A stretch of DNA of 64,000 bases. It comes from a virus. Made by a program: the position numbers and the translations under genes. The notes under the pieces were generated by a model, which was not told the DNA's origin, ran no database searches, and saw only the letters and a list, made by a program, of their open reading frames with translations. Positions 19,656-29,532 of this stretch are shown one piece after another (the first letter of the stretch is position 1; each line of letters opens with the position of its first letter). The stretch covers positions 63,402 through 127,401 of the IMG/VR virus record IMGVR_UViG_3300033144_005525; one strand, written 5' to 3'.

Positions 19656-19674
19656 GCGGAGAAAAGAGCGAGCA

Positions 19675-20427
19675 ATGAAGACACTGTTGACAACAACTAT
19701 CCTGATCATCCTAGCTGCTTGCGCCGCAGAACAAGGAGAGTCTGGAGACCTCGGGCAAGAAGGTCGAGTCGGTCCGGCCGGACCTGCAGGTCCCCAAGGA
19801 GTACAGGGAGTAGCTGGCTCTCAGGGAGTGCAAGGGTCCCAAGGAGTCACGGGTCCCAAAGGAGACACAGGAGCTGGCACTCCCGGTGTTGACGGAGAGA
19901 ACGGACCTCAAGGAGTACAAGGAGTACAAGGCATCCGTGGACTCACTGGGTACACGGGTCCACAAGGACTGCAGGGGCCTGCTGGATCAGACCGCATGAT
20001 GTTCGTCAGCAATACTGGAGACACTCTTGGAACGATGGTCTCTCCAACGATGGTGTACTCCGAAGGGTCAGTGTTCCCTGCCGGTTACATCGTAGATGCC
20101 ATGCCCAGCATGATCTTCTGGACGGATGTCGCCTGCAGTGTTGGAACTCCTTACATCGCAGCGGCGTACGAAATGAGGGTTAGCAACAGGCTGTACTGGA
20201 ACCCAGGCACGGGATCATCTGCCAAAATGTTCGAGTGGGCTGGAACTGACATGGAAGATGGGGTGCTAATCAGATCGGTTCAAAAGGCGAAAGGGATTTG
20301 CACTTCCTACGCATCGCCTGGAGAAGTCATGGACTTCAAGATCAGACTAGACGTCACTCCGGTTGCAACATTCCCGATAGAGGACACATTCCCCTGGACT
20401 GTGGTGCCGGAGAGCGCACTGCCGTGA
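19675..20427 (+). CDS. collagen-like lipoprotein
   Basis: [16 protein letters not shown] lipobox; uninterrupted runs of G-X-Y triplets. Confidence 0.75.
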   Translation: MKTLLTTTILIILAACAAEQGESGDLGQEGRVGPAGPAGPQGVQGVAGSQGVQGSQGVTGPKGDTGAGTPGVDGENGPQGVQGVQGIRGLTGYTGPQGLQGPAGSDRMMFVSNTGDTLGTMVSPTMVYSEGSVFPAGYIVDAMPSMIFWTDVACSVGTPYIAAAYEMRVSNRLYWNPGTGSSAKMFEWAGTDMEDGVLIRSVQKAKGICTSYASPGEVMDFKIRLDVTPVATFPIEDTFPWTVVPESALP

Positions 20428-20646
20428 GGTGGTCTGAGTTCAAAGAGGAAGTAGACAAGAGGCTGAAGATGCTCGGTGATAAAGATCCTCCAATCTTCGT
20501 CATCGACATCTCTGGCTTTGGGGCTGATGGTAATGCAGAGGACATCAACGTGAGTCTCAGCAATAGCTGTAAGACCCTCTACATTGACTGCTAAATATGG
20601 GTCTATTCGGGGATAAGCCTTTCGAGTAAACAACGAAAGGAAAACC

Positions 20647-20919
20647 ATGACCATTCGTGACCTGAATAAAATCTTCTTCGTAGCTGTGTTCGCCAACCTA
20701 TTGGTGTTCTACCGATGCAACCCCGCTCGTTTCATCCTGTGGGCAGCTGTGATGCCATTGAGTTTTCTGGTCCACCTCTACGCAATGGCCAGCAGCGTAG
20801 AGAACAGGGAGGCTTTGGGATTGGCGATGGCGAAGAGTTCTCTGGCTAACAAAGAGATACCGAACTGGAGTAAGAGGCTCATCCACGGATGGGCCGCTCC
20901 GTACGTACCACCGCAGTAA
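20647..20919 (+). CDS. membrane protein
   Basis: two hydrophobic segments; RBS; upstream GGGATAAG. Confidence 0.55.
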   Translation: MTIRDLNKIFFVAVFANLLVFYRCNPARFILWAAVMPLSFLVHLYAMASSVENREALGLAMAKSSLANKEIPNWSKRLIHGWAAPYVPPQ

Positions 20920-20934
20920 ACTATCGAGGAAACC

Positions 20935-21453
20935 ATGAAAACCGACGGACAGTTCCTTCTGGAACTAGCAGATGTACTTAGAAAGAAAGGCATCGAAGGC
21001 AGCGCCAGGGTCTGGGACATAGCCTACAGGCTTCCTTCGCAGAAGCCTCCGATCCTTATCGGCACTCGTGTCTGGAGAGCGGTGATCACTGATGGAGATC
21101 AGTTGATCATTCGCGAGTACTCCACCAACACCAAGACCACCAACACTAAGCACGACGACTTCAACTTCGAGTTGGATGGAAAAGGGGGAGTGGTGTTCCG
21201 GGCATCGCAGGGGGCCTTCAGCTATTACAAGGACAACCTGTGGTGTGTCTTAGGCTCCAGTGCTCGAGGGCTGGTCTGCATCAGCAAAGAGATTCCCGAT
21301 ACCAACTGGACTCACTTCGAAGTCACCGGACTCTCGAAGAAGCAGAACGTAGCCTTTGGGAAGTTCGTGGTGGGTCCGGTGGAGGAGTTGGCTGCTCAGT
21401 ATTCTCCACCCGACTCCAAATTCAGAAACTCCAAACCCCAGGAGGCGGCATGA
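20935..21453 (+). CDS. hypothetical protein
   Basis: RBS GAGG. Confidence 0.6.
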   Translation: MKTDGQFLLELADVLRKKGIEGSARVWDIAYRLPSQKPPILIGTRVWRAVITDGDQLIIREYSTNTKTTNTKHDDFNFELDGKGGVVFRASQGAFSYYKDNLWCVLGSSARGLVCISKEIPDTNWTHFEVTGLSKKQNVAFGKFVVGPVEELAAQYSPPDSKFRNSKPQEAA

Positions 21454-21785
21454 GTCCTAGGACTGCGATCACAGTGGCATTGATAGCCGCAACTATCCTG
21501 GAAGGCGTTTACAATTACTGTAAACGGCGCAAGATCAGGATGAAGCTTGATGAGATATCTGGAGAGGTCCTACGTCGGGACTACTTCATTGCCCAATCCG
21601 TCATCAATGACGACGACCTCAACGACAACCAACTGAAACTCAGAGAGATGCTGATCGGCGCCGGCAAGTACTCGTACAATACAGCAGGGTAGCTGATCCG
21701 TGCTCCTCCGAATGCCTGGTGGTACTCCATCAGGTGTTCGGGGGATAAGCATGTTGAGCAGAACTCTAGCTATTAGGAGAAAACC

Positions 21786-22601
21786 ATGGGCAAGCACGCC
21801 CGACTAAAGAGAGAGCGGAAAGCTGCTCTCCAGTCGGCTGGTCTCAAGAAGCTACCGAGAGGTGAGCTCATAGGGACCCTAGATGAGCTGACCGACCACA
21901 TCGAGAAGTTCATACGTCGCCTAGAGCAACAAGTGCGACATAGGATCAATCTGGACATCGCTAACCCACCCAGCTTGAAACGCACCTCTGAAGACAGCAA
22001 TCCGACAGGGATCACGGACAGGGAGATCAAACTCATATCCACTGGGGTCTCTTGTGGCAGCTGCACCAAAACCAAAGGGTGTTGTCACTTGGCTATCTCT
22101 GCAAACCTGTTCGAAGTGCTCCCCATCGTACGTCGTTTGAGAGGTGATGGTAGGAACACACCAGAGCTCATAGAGCAGCTGTGGGATGTGGGTACTGAGA
22201 TGGAGGACACTGCTCAGGAAGAGTGGTTCGACAAGAGAAGGCCATGTGTCTTCTTGAGTGAGAATGAGAAATGCACCATCTACGGAGTGCGTCCTACAGC
22301 TTGCAGACACCACGTGGTGTTCACTCCTCCAGAACAGTGCAGCAACTTTGGAGCAGAGAACGATCCTCGAACACGTACTCTGCAATACAGCTCCGAACCA
22401 GAGCTAATGCAGTGCTTGCTGTGGAACAGAAGCCTTTGTAAGACCTACTTCAGACTGCCTGATGTAGACGAGACAATGTACGCTGGCTCTTTCCCTAAAC
22501 TACTCGCAAGGGTATTGAAGGCGTTCAACACCGATGACTGGAGGGCTGATCTAGCAGAGCAAGATTGGCCTACCCTGTCGAACCCCCCAAACATGAGATA
22601 G
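21786..22601 (+). CDS. YkgJ/FliB-like cysteine-cluster (Fe-S/Zn) protein
   Basis: CGSCTKTKGCC...CVFL....CTIYGVRPTACR. Confidence 0.8.
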   Translation: MGKHARLKRERKAALQSAGLKKLPRGELIGTLDELTDHIEKFIRRLEQQVRHRINLDIANPPSLKRTSEDSNPTGITDREIKLISTGVSCGSCTKTKGCCHLAISANLFEVLPIVRRLRGDGRNTPELIEQLWDVGTEMEDTAQEEWFDKRRPCVFLSENEKCTIYGVRPTACRHHVVFTPPEQCSNFGAENDPRTRTLQYSSEPELMQCLLWNRSLCKTYFRLPDVDETMYAGSFPKLLARVLKAFNTDDWRADLAEQDWPTLSNPPNMR

Positions 22602-22610
22602 GAAGAGAAG

Positions 22611-22883
22611 ATGGACGCTAAGATTATCGAAGTTGGAGACATCGTAGAGTGGTCTTCGCAAGCGTCGGGAACCGTACGCACCAAGCGAGGAGAAGTCATC
22701 GAAGTGGTACGTGCTGGACAACGACCGACCAAGAAGCTCAAGGATATGGGTTGGTCACGCCGCCACGATAGTTACGTGGTTAGAGCCAGCGTCATCGACG
22801 GAAGCGAGAGCCAGAAGAACAGGTTTCGAATGTACTGGCCCATGGCCTCCAAACTCGAAAAGGTGGTAGATGCCACCAAGTGA
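22611..22883 (+). CDS. SH3-like phage hypothetical protein
   Basis: VGDIVEWSSQA.G...K.GEV...R.HDSYVV...YWP. Confidence 0.6.
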   Translation: MDAKIIEVGDIVEWSSQASGTVRTKRGEVIEVVRAGQRPTKKLKDMGWSRRHDSYVVRASVIDGSESQKNRFRMYWPMASKLEKVVDATK

Positions 22884-23091
22884 CGAGAAGATGTCCGGCC
22901 CTCTGTTCCGTATAGGACCTGACGGAGCTTCCAAGAAGGTAGGAACTCTAACTCTGGAGAGGGATGATCCAGGGGAAACCGTCTACGAAGCCCCTGACAC
23001 CTGCAGCAGTATTGGGTACTCAGCCTCATACGCTGCCTCATTCGACAGAGTCTTCAGGAAACCGAGTCCTGAAGAGCTCAACTAGGAACCC

Positions 23092-23730
23092 ATGCACAAC
23101 GAACACCCCATAGTTCACTTCACGTACCACAACGTAGACGAGTTCATCGAAGAACTCGGGAGGAGAGGAGTGGATACGCTGTTTCGTAGCAGGAACAACA
23201 AGCGTATTCACTTCCGAGGGATCACCGAAGACTGCAGACGCATGTTCAGCTTCGTAGAGGACATGCCTGGGTTCGAAGGAAACCACAGCTACGGAAGCTC
23301 TCGGTGGAAAGTGGACGACAATGGCTATGCAGTCTACGAAACCTCAGATCGCAGAACCCTCAGCGACGAGCTCGTACGTCTCAAAGTGAACGGCGACCAG
23401 CTGGCCACATTCCGCAGGAGTGGCAAGAGCTCTCTGGAGAAGAAGGTAGCTGTTGCCTGCACCCACACATCCAATTCAGATGAGGATGTCGAAGAGAAGT
23501 CGATCAAGAAGACCAACCAGAAGATCTGCTTCACGTTCGACAGAGAGGGTGAAGAGAAGCCTGTACTCCTTCACATCAGCATGAGCGACAAGTCATACGG
23601 GGAACCGAGTCTGAGCTACAAGATCAAGATAGCTCCTCTGGACTCCAGTCAGATCGCCAAACTCGACGAACTACTCAGAGAGGCCGGCATCAAACTCATC
23701 AAGGGCTCAGTGGACATCAAACGCTTCTAG
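23092..23730 (+). CDS. hypothetical protein
   Basis: 212-aa ORF followed by a terminator. Confidence 0.6.
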   Translation: MHNEHPIVHFTYHNVDEFIEELGRRGVDTLFRSRNNKRIHFRGITEDCRRMFSFVEDMPGFEGNHSYGSSRWKVDDNGYAVYETSDRRTLSDELVRLKVNGDQLATFRRSGKSSLEKKVAVACTHTSNSDEDVEEKSIKKTNQKICFTFDREGEEKPVLLHISMSDKSYGEPSLSYKIKIAPLDSSQIAKLDELLREAGIKLIKGSVDIKRF

Positions 23731-23748
23731 AGCAACCACTACAGATCT

Positions 23749-23818
23749 GAGGGACCGGCTGTCGGGGAGTGGCAATCACGCCGCTCTCTCTGACTCCCAC
23801 GCCGGTCCCTCTCTTTTT
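23749..23818 (+). terminator. long-stem intrinsic terminator
   Basis: GAGGGACCGGC/GCCGGTCCCTC with inner GGGAGT/ACTCCC, then TCTTTTT. Confidence 0.6.
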
Positions 23819-23829
23819 GGAGACTACGA

Positions 23830-24057
23830 GTGATTCCAGGAGAAACGAAAGACGGGGCAGCTGCAATTGCCTGCAGTGACTGTGATGCCTTACTCAAACT
23901 GAAGGTGTGCTTCAGCACCATGTACTACTTAGGGTATCAGTGCGATGAGTGTGGACCTTACGCACGAGAAACCGACTACTTCAAGAACCGTGAAGAGGCT
24001 CAAGCAGCTCTAGACAAGTTCAATGAGGCGGGAGTGCTCGAAGGCAAGAGATACTGA
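23830..24057 (+). CDS. small zinc-ribbon protein
   Basis: CSDC...CDECGPY.RE. Confidence 0.6.
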   Translation: MIPGETKDGAAAIACSDCDALLKLKVCFSTMYYLGYQCDECGPYARETDYFKNREEAQAALDKFNEAGVLEGKRY

Positions 24058-24593
24058 TGAAAGAAAGTCTCTTGATTGACGCAAGGACGCCCTCTGGGGG
24101 TGATTTATCGTCTGTACTCCTGTCCTGGATGCAGCAGTGCACAGACATCATCAAAAATAGCCCGAAGGAGTACTACAGATGCTTCGAGGACTACGTTCTG
24201 ACTCATGGGAAGACCTACGAGAGCTGTGAACTGACCAAAGAAGAGTCGGATCATGTCAAGCAGGTACTGAAGACCCCTGCTATGTCTGAACCACGACCAA
24301 AGATGTGCTTCTTCAACTCCCAGATGGTTGTGCTGGCTGACAGAAAGAGGAAGTTGAGATACGTGGAAGGGTTTTCACTGGAGATCATCCCAATCCACCA
24401 TGGCTGGGTCACTCTCAACGGCAAAGTAGTAGATGTCACCTTCAGACCGCAGAGAATGGGGGTATTCGAAGGCGCCTACTACGGAGTGGAGTTCAGTCGG
24501 AACCAAATTCTGAACTACATGAACGAAACAGATTGTCTCGGATCCCTCATCGACGATCCAGTTCGTAGATTTCCTCTTATGAGAAAGACATGA
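24057..24593 (+). CDS. transglutaminase/papain-like Cys-His-Asp fold protein
   Basis: CFFNS...YVEG...HHGW...VVDVT...YYGV. Confidence 0.5.
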   Translation: MKESLLIDARTPSGGDLSSVLLSWMQQCTDIIKNSPKEYYRCFEDYVLTHGKTYESCELTKEESDHVKQVLKTPAMSEPRPKMCFFNSQMVVLADRKRKLRYVEGFSLEIIPIHHGWVTLNGKVVDVTFRPQRMGVFEGAYYGVEFSRNQILNYMNETDCLGSLIDDPVRRFPLMRKT

Positions 24594-24858
24594 CCATTTC
24601 TGGAGATTGGAAGTCTACCTAACTACAATCTCCGTGAGGTGGCCGGCGCCCTACTGGGTCCCTGTCCCCCGACACCCCCCTGGGGTGCTGGCCTGCCTCG
24701 CTAAAAGTATCGCACACAGCGGTATAAGAGTTCTAGCGGACTCGGGAGCCGTCATACCGACAAGGATGACGAACCTGAGGACCCGGAGGACTGAAAAGCC
24801 ACCTGCAACAGCAGTGATGGAGAGCCTCCATCTTTTAACCAAGTACAGAAGGACATCA

Positions 24859-25896
24859 ATGATCGATTGGCTACCTGCTAACAGTCACGTACATCGAAAA
24901 CGGAAAGAGTTGCATCGAGCTCTACCGAACGAGACGACAGAAGACAAGCCATTCGTCTACATCGGCTGCTGCGTCGACTTCGAAGGCAAAGACATCAATG
25001 AAATGACCGAGTCTGGGAAAAAACTAGACTGGCCTCCTCAAGGAGAACACGCACTCGACGAGATCCGACGGTTCTGTATCGGTATCAAAGAGTGGTCAGA
25101 GGTCATGGGCTATGTCGAGAATGCCTCAGAAGGACTCACACTTGAGAACGACTGGCATCTGGTCTACGGCAAAGGGGAGTTCTATGGGATCTCCTGCTAC
25201 TGGATCAGCCATTCAGGTATCGAGTACATCTGGATTGACACCTCTCGATACTACCGGTTCAACACGGCGGGGTTGAAGACAGGCAGGATATTCTGTGACA
25301 AGCCCAACATGGCCAACATCCCCCGCACAGACCTGACTCCAGAGGAGAAGAAGGCGAACTTCGCGAAGGCGAAGAAGCTGCTGGAGCTCCTCAAGATAGG
25401 TCACAACTTCAACTACAAGATGCCTAAGACGGACTATGCCTCGCTGGAAAAGCTCACAATGGAGCAGCTCACTCCGGCAGAGAGAGTAAGACTTCGTGTA
25501 CTAAGTCGATTGCGTAAGACCGTTCCTGTTCTTGTATCTGACCACTCACTCAAAGAGATGGCCAAGACCACTCTAGGATTCGACGACGATCCAGATTCCA
25601 TGAAAGTGGTTCCGCTAGCCATCGACATGCTCGACATAGCGAAGTGGGGATGTCCGTACTGCGGGTTTCACAAAGGTCAGATACCCACTTCGGCCCAAGG
25701 AACCTTCTTGTGGCAATGCTTGGATTGCCGGAAGATCTGCCACACCCTCATTACTGGCTTGAAGGTATCAGCCATCGGCCACGGAGGAGGGGAGATCGAC
25801 GGGTTGGAGATGACTGCGGTCTATCCAAAGTTGTCTGAGCACCCCCTCAAAGGACAACCTCCGAGAACTGAGACAAAACACGTCGTAGGGAAATGA
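24859..25896 (+). CDS. hypothetical multidomain protein with C-terminal zinc ribbon
   Basis: RBS AAGGA; DWH...HSGIEYIW; CPYC...CLDC. Confidence 0.6.
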   Translation: MIDWLPANSHVHRKRKELHRALPNETTEDKPFVYIGCCVDFEGKDINEMTESGKKLDWPPQGEHALDEIRRFCIGIKEWSEVMGYVENASEGLTLENDWHLVYGKGEFYGISCYWISHSGIEYIWIDTSRYYRFNTAGLKTGRIFCDKPNMANIPRTDLTPEEKKANFAKAKKLLELLKIGHNFNYKMPKTDYASLEKLTMEQLTPAERVRLRVLSRLRKTVPVLVSDHSLKEMAKTTLGFDDDPDSMKVVPLAIDMLDIAKWGCPYCGFHKGQIPTSAQGTFLWQCLDCRKICHTLITGLKVSAIGHGGGEIDGLEMTAVYPKLSEHPLKGQPPRTETKHVVGK

Positions 25897-26095
25897 TACA
25901 AAGAACCATGCGAACTACTGCAGCAGTGAAGGCGGCCGCGGCCAAAGTGTCCCAGACCGCCCAGAAGGTGAATGACCCAGAATCGTGTGCTGCCCTTACA
26001 CACCTCACTGCTCATCCACACATCTGCGCAGCTTCTATCACCGCAATGGTCTGCGCAGCATTCTTCTTCATACTCAAACTCTTCAGGAAATCGGC

Positions 26096-26587
26096 ATGAG
26101 AACGATCGCCACCAAGGATCGACCCAATTGGGACGACTACTTCATGACCCTGGCCTACGTTGCAGCCACTAGAGCAACATGTGACAGGAAGCATGTCGGA
26201 TGTGTACTAGTGACTCAAGAGAACCATGTCCTGGCTACAGGGTACAACGGGAGTCCTCCAAACAAGCCTCACTGTGATGACGTAGGGCACGAGATCGTGG
26301 ATGAGCACTGTGTTCGAACGGTGCATGCAGAAGCCAACGCAGTGGCACAAGCTGCCCGAATCGGTAGGTCCATAGACAATGCCATCTGCTACTCAACGAC
26401 CATCCCCTGCTACGACTGCGCGAAGATGCTGTTGACCGCAGGTGTTACTGGGGTGGTGTTCCATGGGTTCTATCAATCCCGATACAACAAGTCGGACAAG
26501 GTAACTCAGTTCCTAGAGGGACCTATGTCTGTTCGACAGATGCACAACTACCGACCGAACAACGTCATCTCCTCCATCGAGATCTAA
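26096..26587 (+). CDS. dCMP deaminase (ComEB family)
   Basis: RPNWDDYFM..A...ATRATC.R..VG; TGYNG; HAEANA; PCYDC. Confidence 0.92.
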   Translation: MRTIATKDRPNWDDYFMTLAYVAATRATCDRKHVGCVLVTQENHVLATGYNGSPPNKPHCDDVGHEIVDEHCVRTVHAEANAVAQAARIGRSIDNAICYSTTIPCYDCAKMLLTAGVTGVVFHGFYQSRYNKSDKVTQFLEGPMSVRQMHNYRPNNVISSIEI

Positions 26588-26611
26588 AAATGGACTTCTC
26601 CTAGGTGATAA

Positions 26612-26905
26612 GTGGGTAGACCGAAACCCAACACCTTTTGGAGGAAACCATTGCTGACACGGTTGTTCGATAATGAGGACAGAGAGTCCTGGAGCAAAGC
26701 TAGTAGAGCCATCAACAAGGACATCGGGAATCTGCCCGAATGTGATAGGAACGCCCTAATGAGGGATCCCGACTTGATGGAGAAGTTCGAGACCTATCGA
26801 GACAATCATGAGGACGACAGAGCCTACGCGGATTACGTGCTGAGTCTCGACTTCGCTCTGCACAAACACACGGACGCTGAGCCTCGTACCTTCCGACTAC
26901 GGTAG
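26612..26905 (+). CDS. hypothetical protein
   Basis: ORF track. Confidence 0.45.
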   Translation: MGRPKPNTFWRKPLLTRLFDNEDRESWSKASRAINKDIGNLPECDRNALMRDPDLMEKFETYRDNHEDDRAYADYVLSLDFALHKHTDAEPRTFRLR

Positions 26906-27011
26906 GAAATACGGCCCTGGGGGTTGCTGCACCTCGCAGCCTCCAGGTCCGTTTCTTTGCTCACTAAATCAAGTCTCCCCACTATCTATCTTCGAGGAGT
27001 ATCCTTGTTGA

Positions 27012-27530
27012 ATGACGGGGGATACAAAGAAGAAGATTCTACTGGCCGTAATCGCAATAGTTCCTGCGATGATCAGTGGAGTTCTATCCAACTGCCAAGC
27101 TCGCTACGAAGCCAAGCTCAAGGATCAGAGGGTGGCGATAAAGGCAGAGGAGAATTCGAACGCGGTGCTCGAGGGATACAAGCCTGCCATCGCAGAGCTG
27201 CAGAAGATCCTCAAGCAGAGCCGGATATGGTCCTCCAAAGCAGACGAAGAGTTGAAGAAACTGCAAGAGGATGTGAAATCACTACGAGAAGGTGTGGCCT
27301 ACTGCAGAGCCTACGTTCAGTTCGACAGCAGAGGCAGGTACCACTATGAGACGGAGCCAGAGGAGCCCGACAACCCTATAAGCGTCCTGTGGAACAACCC
27401 TCCAGTGGCAAACAGACCCAAAGCCAAGCTTCCAGACAACGTGAAGAAGGCCAAGATCTACGTCGACGCTCGACAACAGATGAAGTGTGATCCAGCGGAC
27501 CCGCTCTGTGGAATATCCGCTCTAGAGTAG
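27012..27530 (+). CDS. membrane-anchored coiled-coil protein (spanin-like)
   Basis: N-terminal TM segment followed by coiled coil and Cys residues. Confidence 0.4.
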   Translation: MTGDTKKKILLAVIAIVPAMISGVLSNCQARYEAKLKDQRVAIKAEENSNAVLEGYKPAIAELQKILKQSRIWSSKADEELKKLQEDVKSLREGVAYCRAYVQFDSRGRYHYETEPEEPDNPISVLWNNPPVANRPKAKLPDNVKKAKIYVDARQQMKCDPADPLCGISALE

Positions 27531-27617
27531 TCCATCAAAGCCCCGCCTTCCTGAGAGATAAGCAGAGTGTAAGCCTAGACCGGGTTTGCACATGAACTCT
27601 TTCCAGGAAGGTGAACG

Positions 27618-28421
27618 TTGAACGAGAAAGACAGAGCTAGGAAACTCGATTTCCAACAACGCAAAAGGGGAGGGCGACGGAAGGACGGCCCTGTCCAAAC
27701 CGAAGGTCGCATCGAATCGGACATCCAGGAGATTGTCGATTCGCACACCTTCTACGACAAGAGCGCTCGGCCGAACGATACCCGGGCCATCTGCCAGGTG
27801 GAGTATGTCCCAGACATCGGTAAGGGGGATGTACCTGCTCTCCATGCTAGATGGCAGGAAGAAGGGTGGATCAGACATTCTTTGAGCAGAATGGAGGCTG
27901 AGCAACTCCACCGGCTCGGTTTTCGTACGATCCACAACAAGGACCTTAACTGCGAAGACATGTACTGGCGCAAACGAGGCATCACCCACCTGTGGATAGG
28001 GATGCTGGCCCGTACGGGCGACGACAGAGAAGACTACAGTGCGTGCTGGGCAGCAAGCCAGGTGAGCAAGTCCTCGCAGCTGGTACAACGGCAACAGAAG
28101 TGGGAGATATTGGCCAAGATCGATGAGCCTATCTTGCCTTTCTTCGAGGAATACGACGTATCTCACAAGACCATGGTGAAAGAGTCTCTGGTTGAGGCCT
28201 GGGTGAAGATCCAATACACCATGCAGATACCGGATTTCGTGGTGACCAACGACTTCTGGCAAGTGCTGAAAATGGTCTGCGATGACGGAGTAGAGAGGTT
28301 CGACATGCAGTACGACCCAAGTAACAACGGGTTCGTACTTCAATCTGTCGAAGTGCAGAACACATCCGAGCACATTCGTAGCGGTACTCATCGAGAGCTA
28401 CTGAACAAGACACAGTCGTAA
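27618..28421 (+). CDS. hypothetical protein
   Basis: 267-aa ORF; RBS AGGAAGG; terminator follows. Confidence 0.6.
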   Translation: MNEKDRARKLDFQQRKRGGRRKDGPVQTEGRIESDIQEIVDSHTFYDKSARPNDTRAICQVEYVPDIGKGDVPALHARWQEEGWIRHSLSRMEAEQLHRLGFRTIHNKDLNCEDMYWRKRGITHLWIGMLARTGDDREDYSACWAASQVSKSSQLVQRQQKWEILAKIDEPILPFFEEYDVSHKTMVKESLVEAWVKIQYTMQIPDFVVTNDFWQVLKMVCDDGVERFDMQYDPSNNGFVLQSVEVQNTSEHIRSGTHRELLNKTQS

Positions 28422-28432
28422 GTGTTCCCTAC

Positions 28433-28464
28433 GCACCGCCTCCACTTGGGGGCGGTGTTTTTTT
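28433..28464 (+). terminator. intrinsic terminator
   Basis: GCACCGCCTCC/GGGGGCGGTGT stem followed by T7. Confidence 0.85.
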
Positions 28465-28482
28465 CGTACTTAGGAGAAAACC

Positions 28483-29532
28483 ATGACCGCAATGAATCCG
28501 TGGGGAGACTGGATCGATAGCCTTGAGGACGTGCAAGTCAAACTGCTTGCAAACATGATGGTCCAAAAGAAGCTAGCCTCTCCTTACCAGAACGGACACA
28601 ACTCCGTACAGAACTCTGGAGAGCTCAAGATCGTACGCCAGTCGATAGAAGACTGCATGGTCACCGATTGCCCGTCCTTCGAGGACGTGTGCAACTTGAT
28701 CCCCCTGTACAACAGCCTGGCTTTCAGAGAGAACCTCCTGATCAAAGGACCGAAGGGAACTGGAAAAACCCTGTCGGTGTTCTACTACGCCAAAGAGAGC
28801 CAAACTCCTCTGGTCATCCTCGAGTGCAGTGAAGACACGAAGAAGAGGGACCTGTTCGGGTCATTTTATATGGCTGGAGACGAGACCCCTTTCGTGTTGG
28901 GGGCGATACCTACCGCCATCGACATTGCCAACGAATTCGGGAGAGTGATCCTGGCGTTCGAGGAGATCAACGCTCTCACTCCCCAGGTCCAGAAGGAGCT
29001 CAACGCCATACTGGACTTCAGATCGATGGTGTCAATGCCACAAATAGGCAAGACCTACCGACTGAACGAAGGAGCGAAGATCTGGCCTGTGGCCTCGATG
29101 AACCCTTCGGTCTACGGAGGTACCTACGACCTGAATGAGGACCTACGTTCTCGTTGGGACGAGGTAGACATCGGATACCCAAACGCAGCCGGAGAGAAAA
29201 GGATCATCAAGTCCAACGTGGACATCGACGGATGGATCTCAGCTCAGAACCTCAATCCAGCGGATGAGCTGAGCGCCAGGCAAGCTATCGAAACAGCCAT
29301 CGACGGCTGCATTCGCCTCGGAGTCGAGTCCAGACAACAGGGTACTCAATACGCTCTGTCCTCCAGAGATCTGGTGCGTTTGGTACGGGACATCCAAATC
29401 CTCGGACCCGAGGGTGCTCTGCAGCTGTGTGCTTGCAAGTTCGAAGGAGATGACCGGGTCACCATGATCGAGCGAATCAAGTCCATCTTCAAAGGAGTCT
29501 CACCGAAGAAGACCTGGGGAGCTCTTAAGTGA
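28483..29532 (+). CDS. MoxR/CbbQ-NorQ/CobS-type AAA+ ATPase
   Basis: Walker A GPKGTGKT; Walker B LAFEEIN; ASMNP; LRSRW. Confidence 0.88.
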   Translation: MTAMNPWGDWIDSLEDVQVKLLANMMVQKKLASPYQNGHNSVQNSGELKIVRQSIEDCMVTDCPSFEDVCNLIPLYNSLAFRENLLIKGPKGTGKTLSVFYYAKESQTPLVILECSEDTKKRDLFGSFYMAGDETPFVLGAIPTAIDIANEFGRVILAFEEINALTPQVQKELNAILDFRSMVSMPQIGKTYRLNEGAKIWPVASMNPSVYGGTYDLNEDLRSRWDEVDIGYPNAAGEKRIIKSNVDIDGWISAQNLNPADELSARQAIETAIDGCIRLGVESRQQGTQYALSSRDLVRLVRDIQILGPEGALQLCACKFEGDDRVTMIERIKSIFKGVSPKKTWGALK

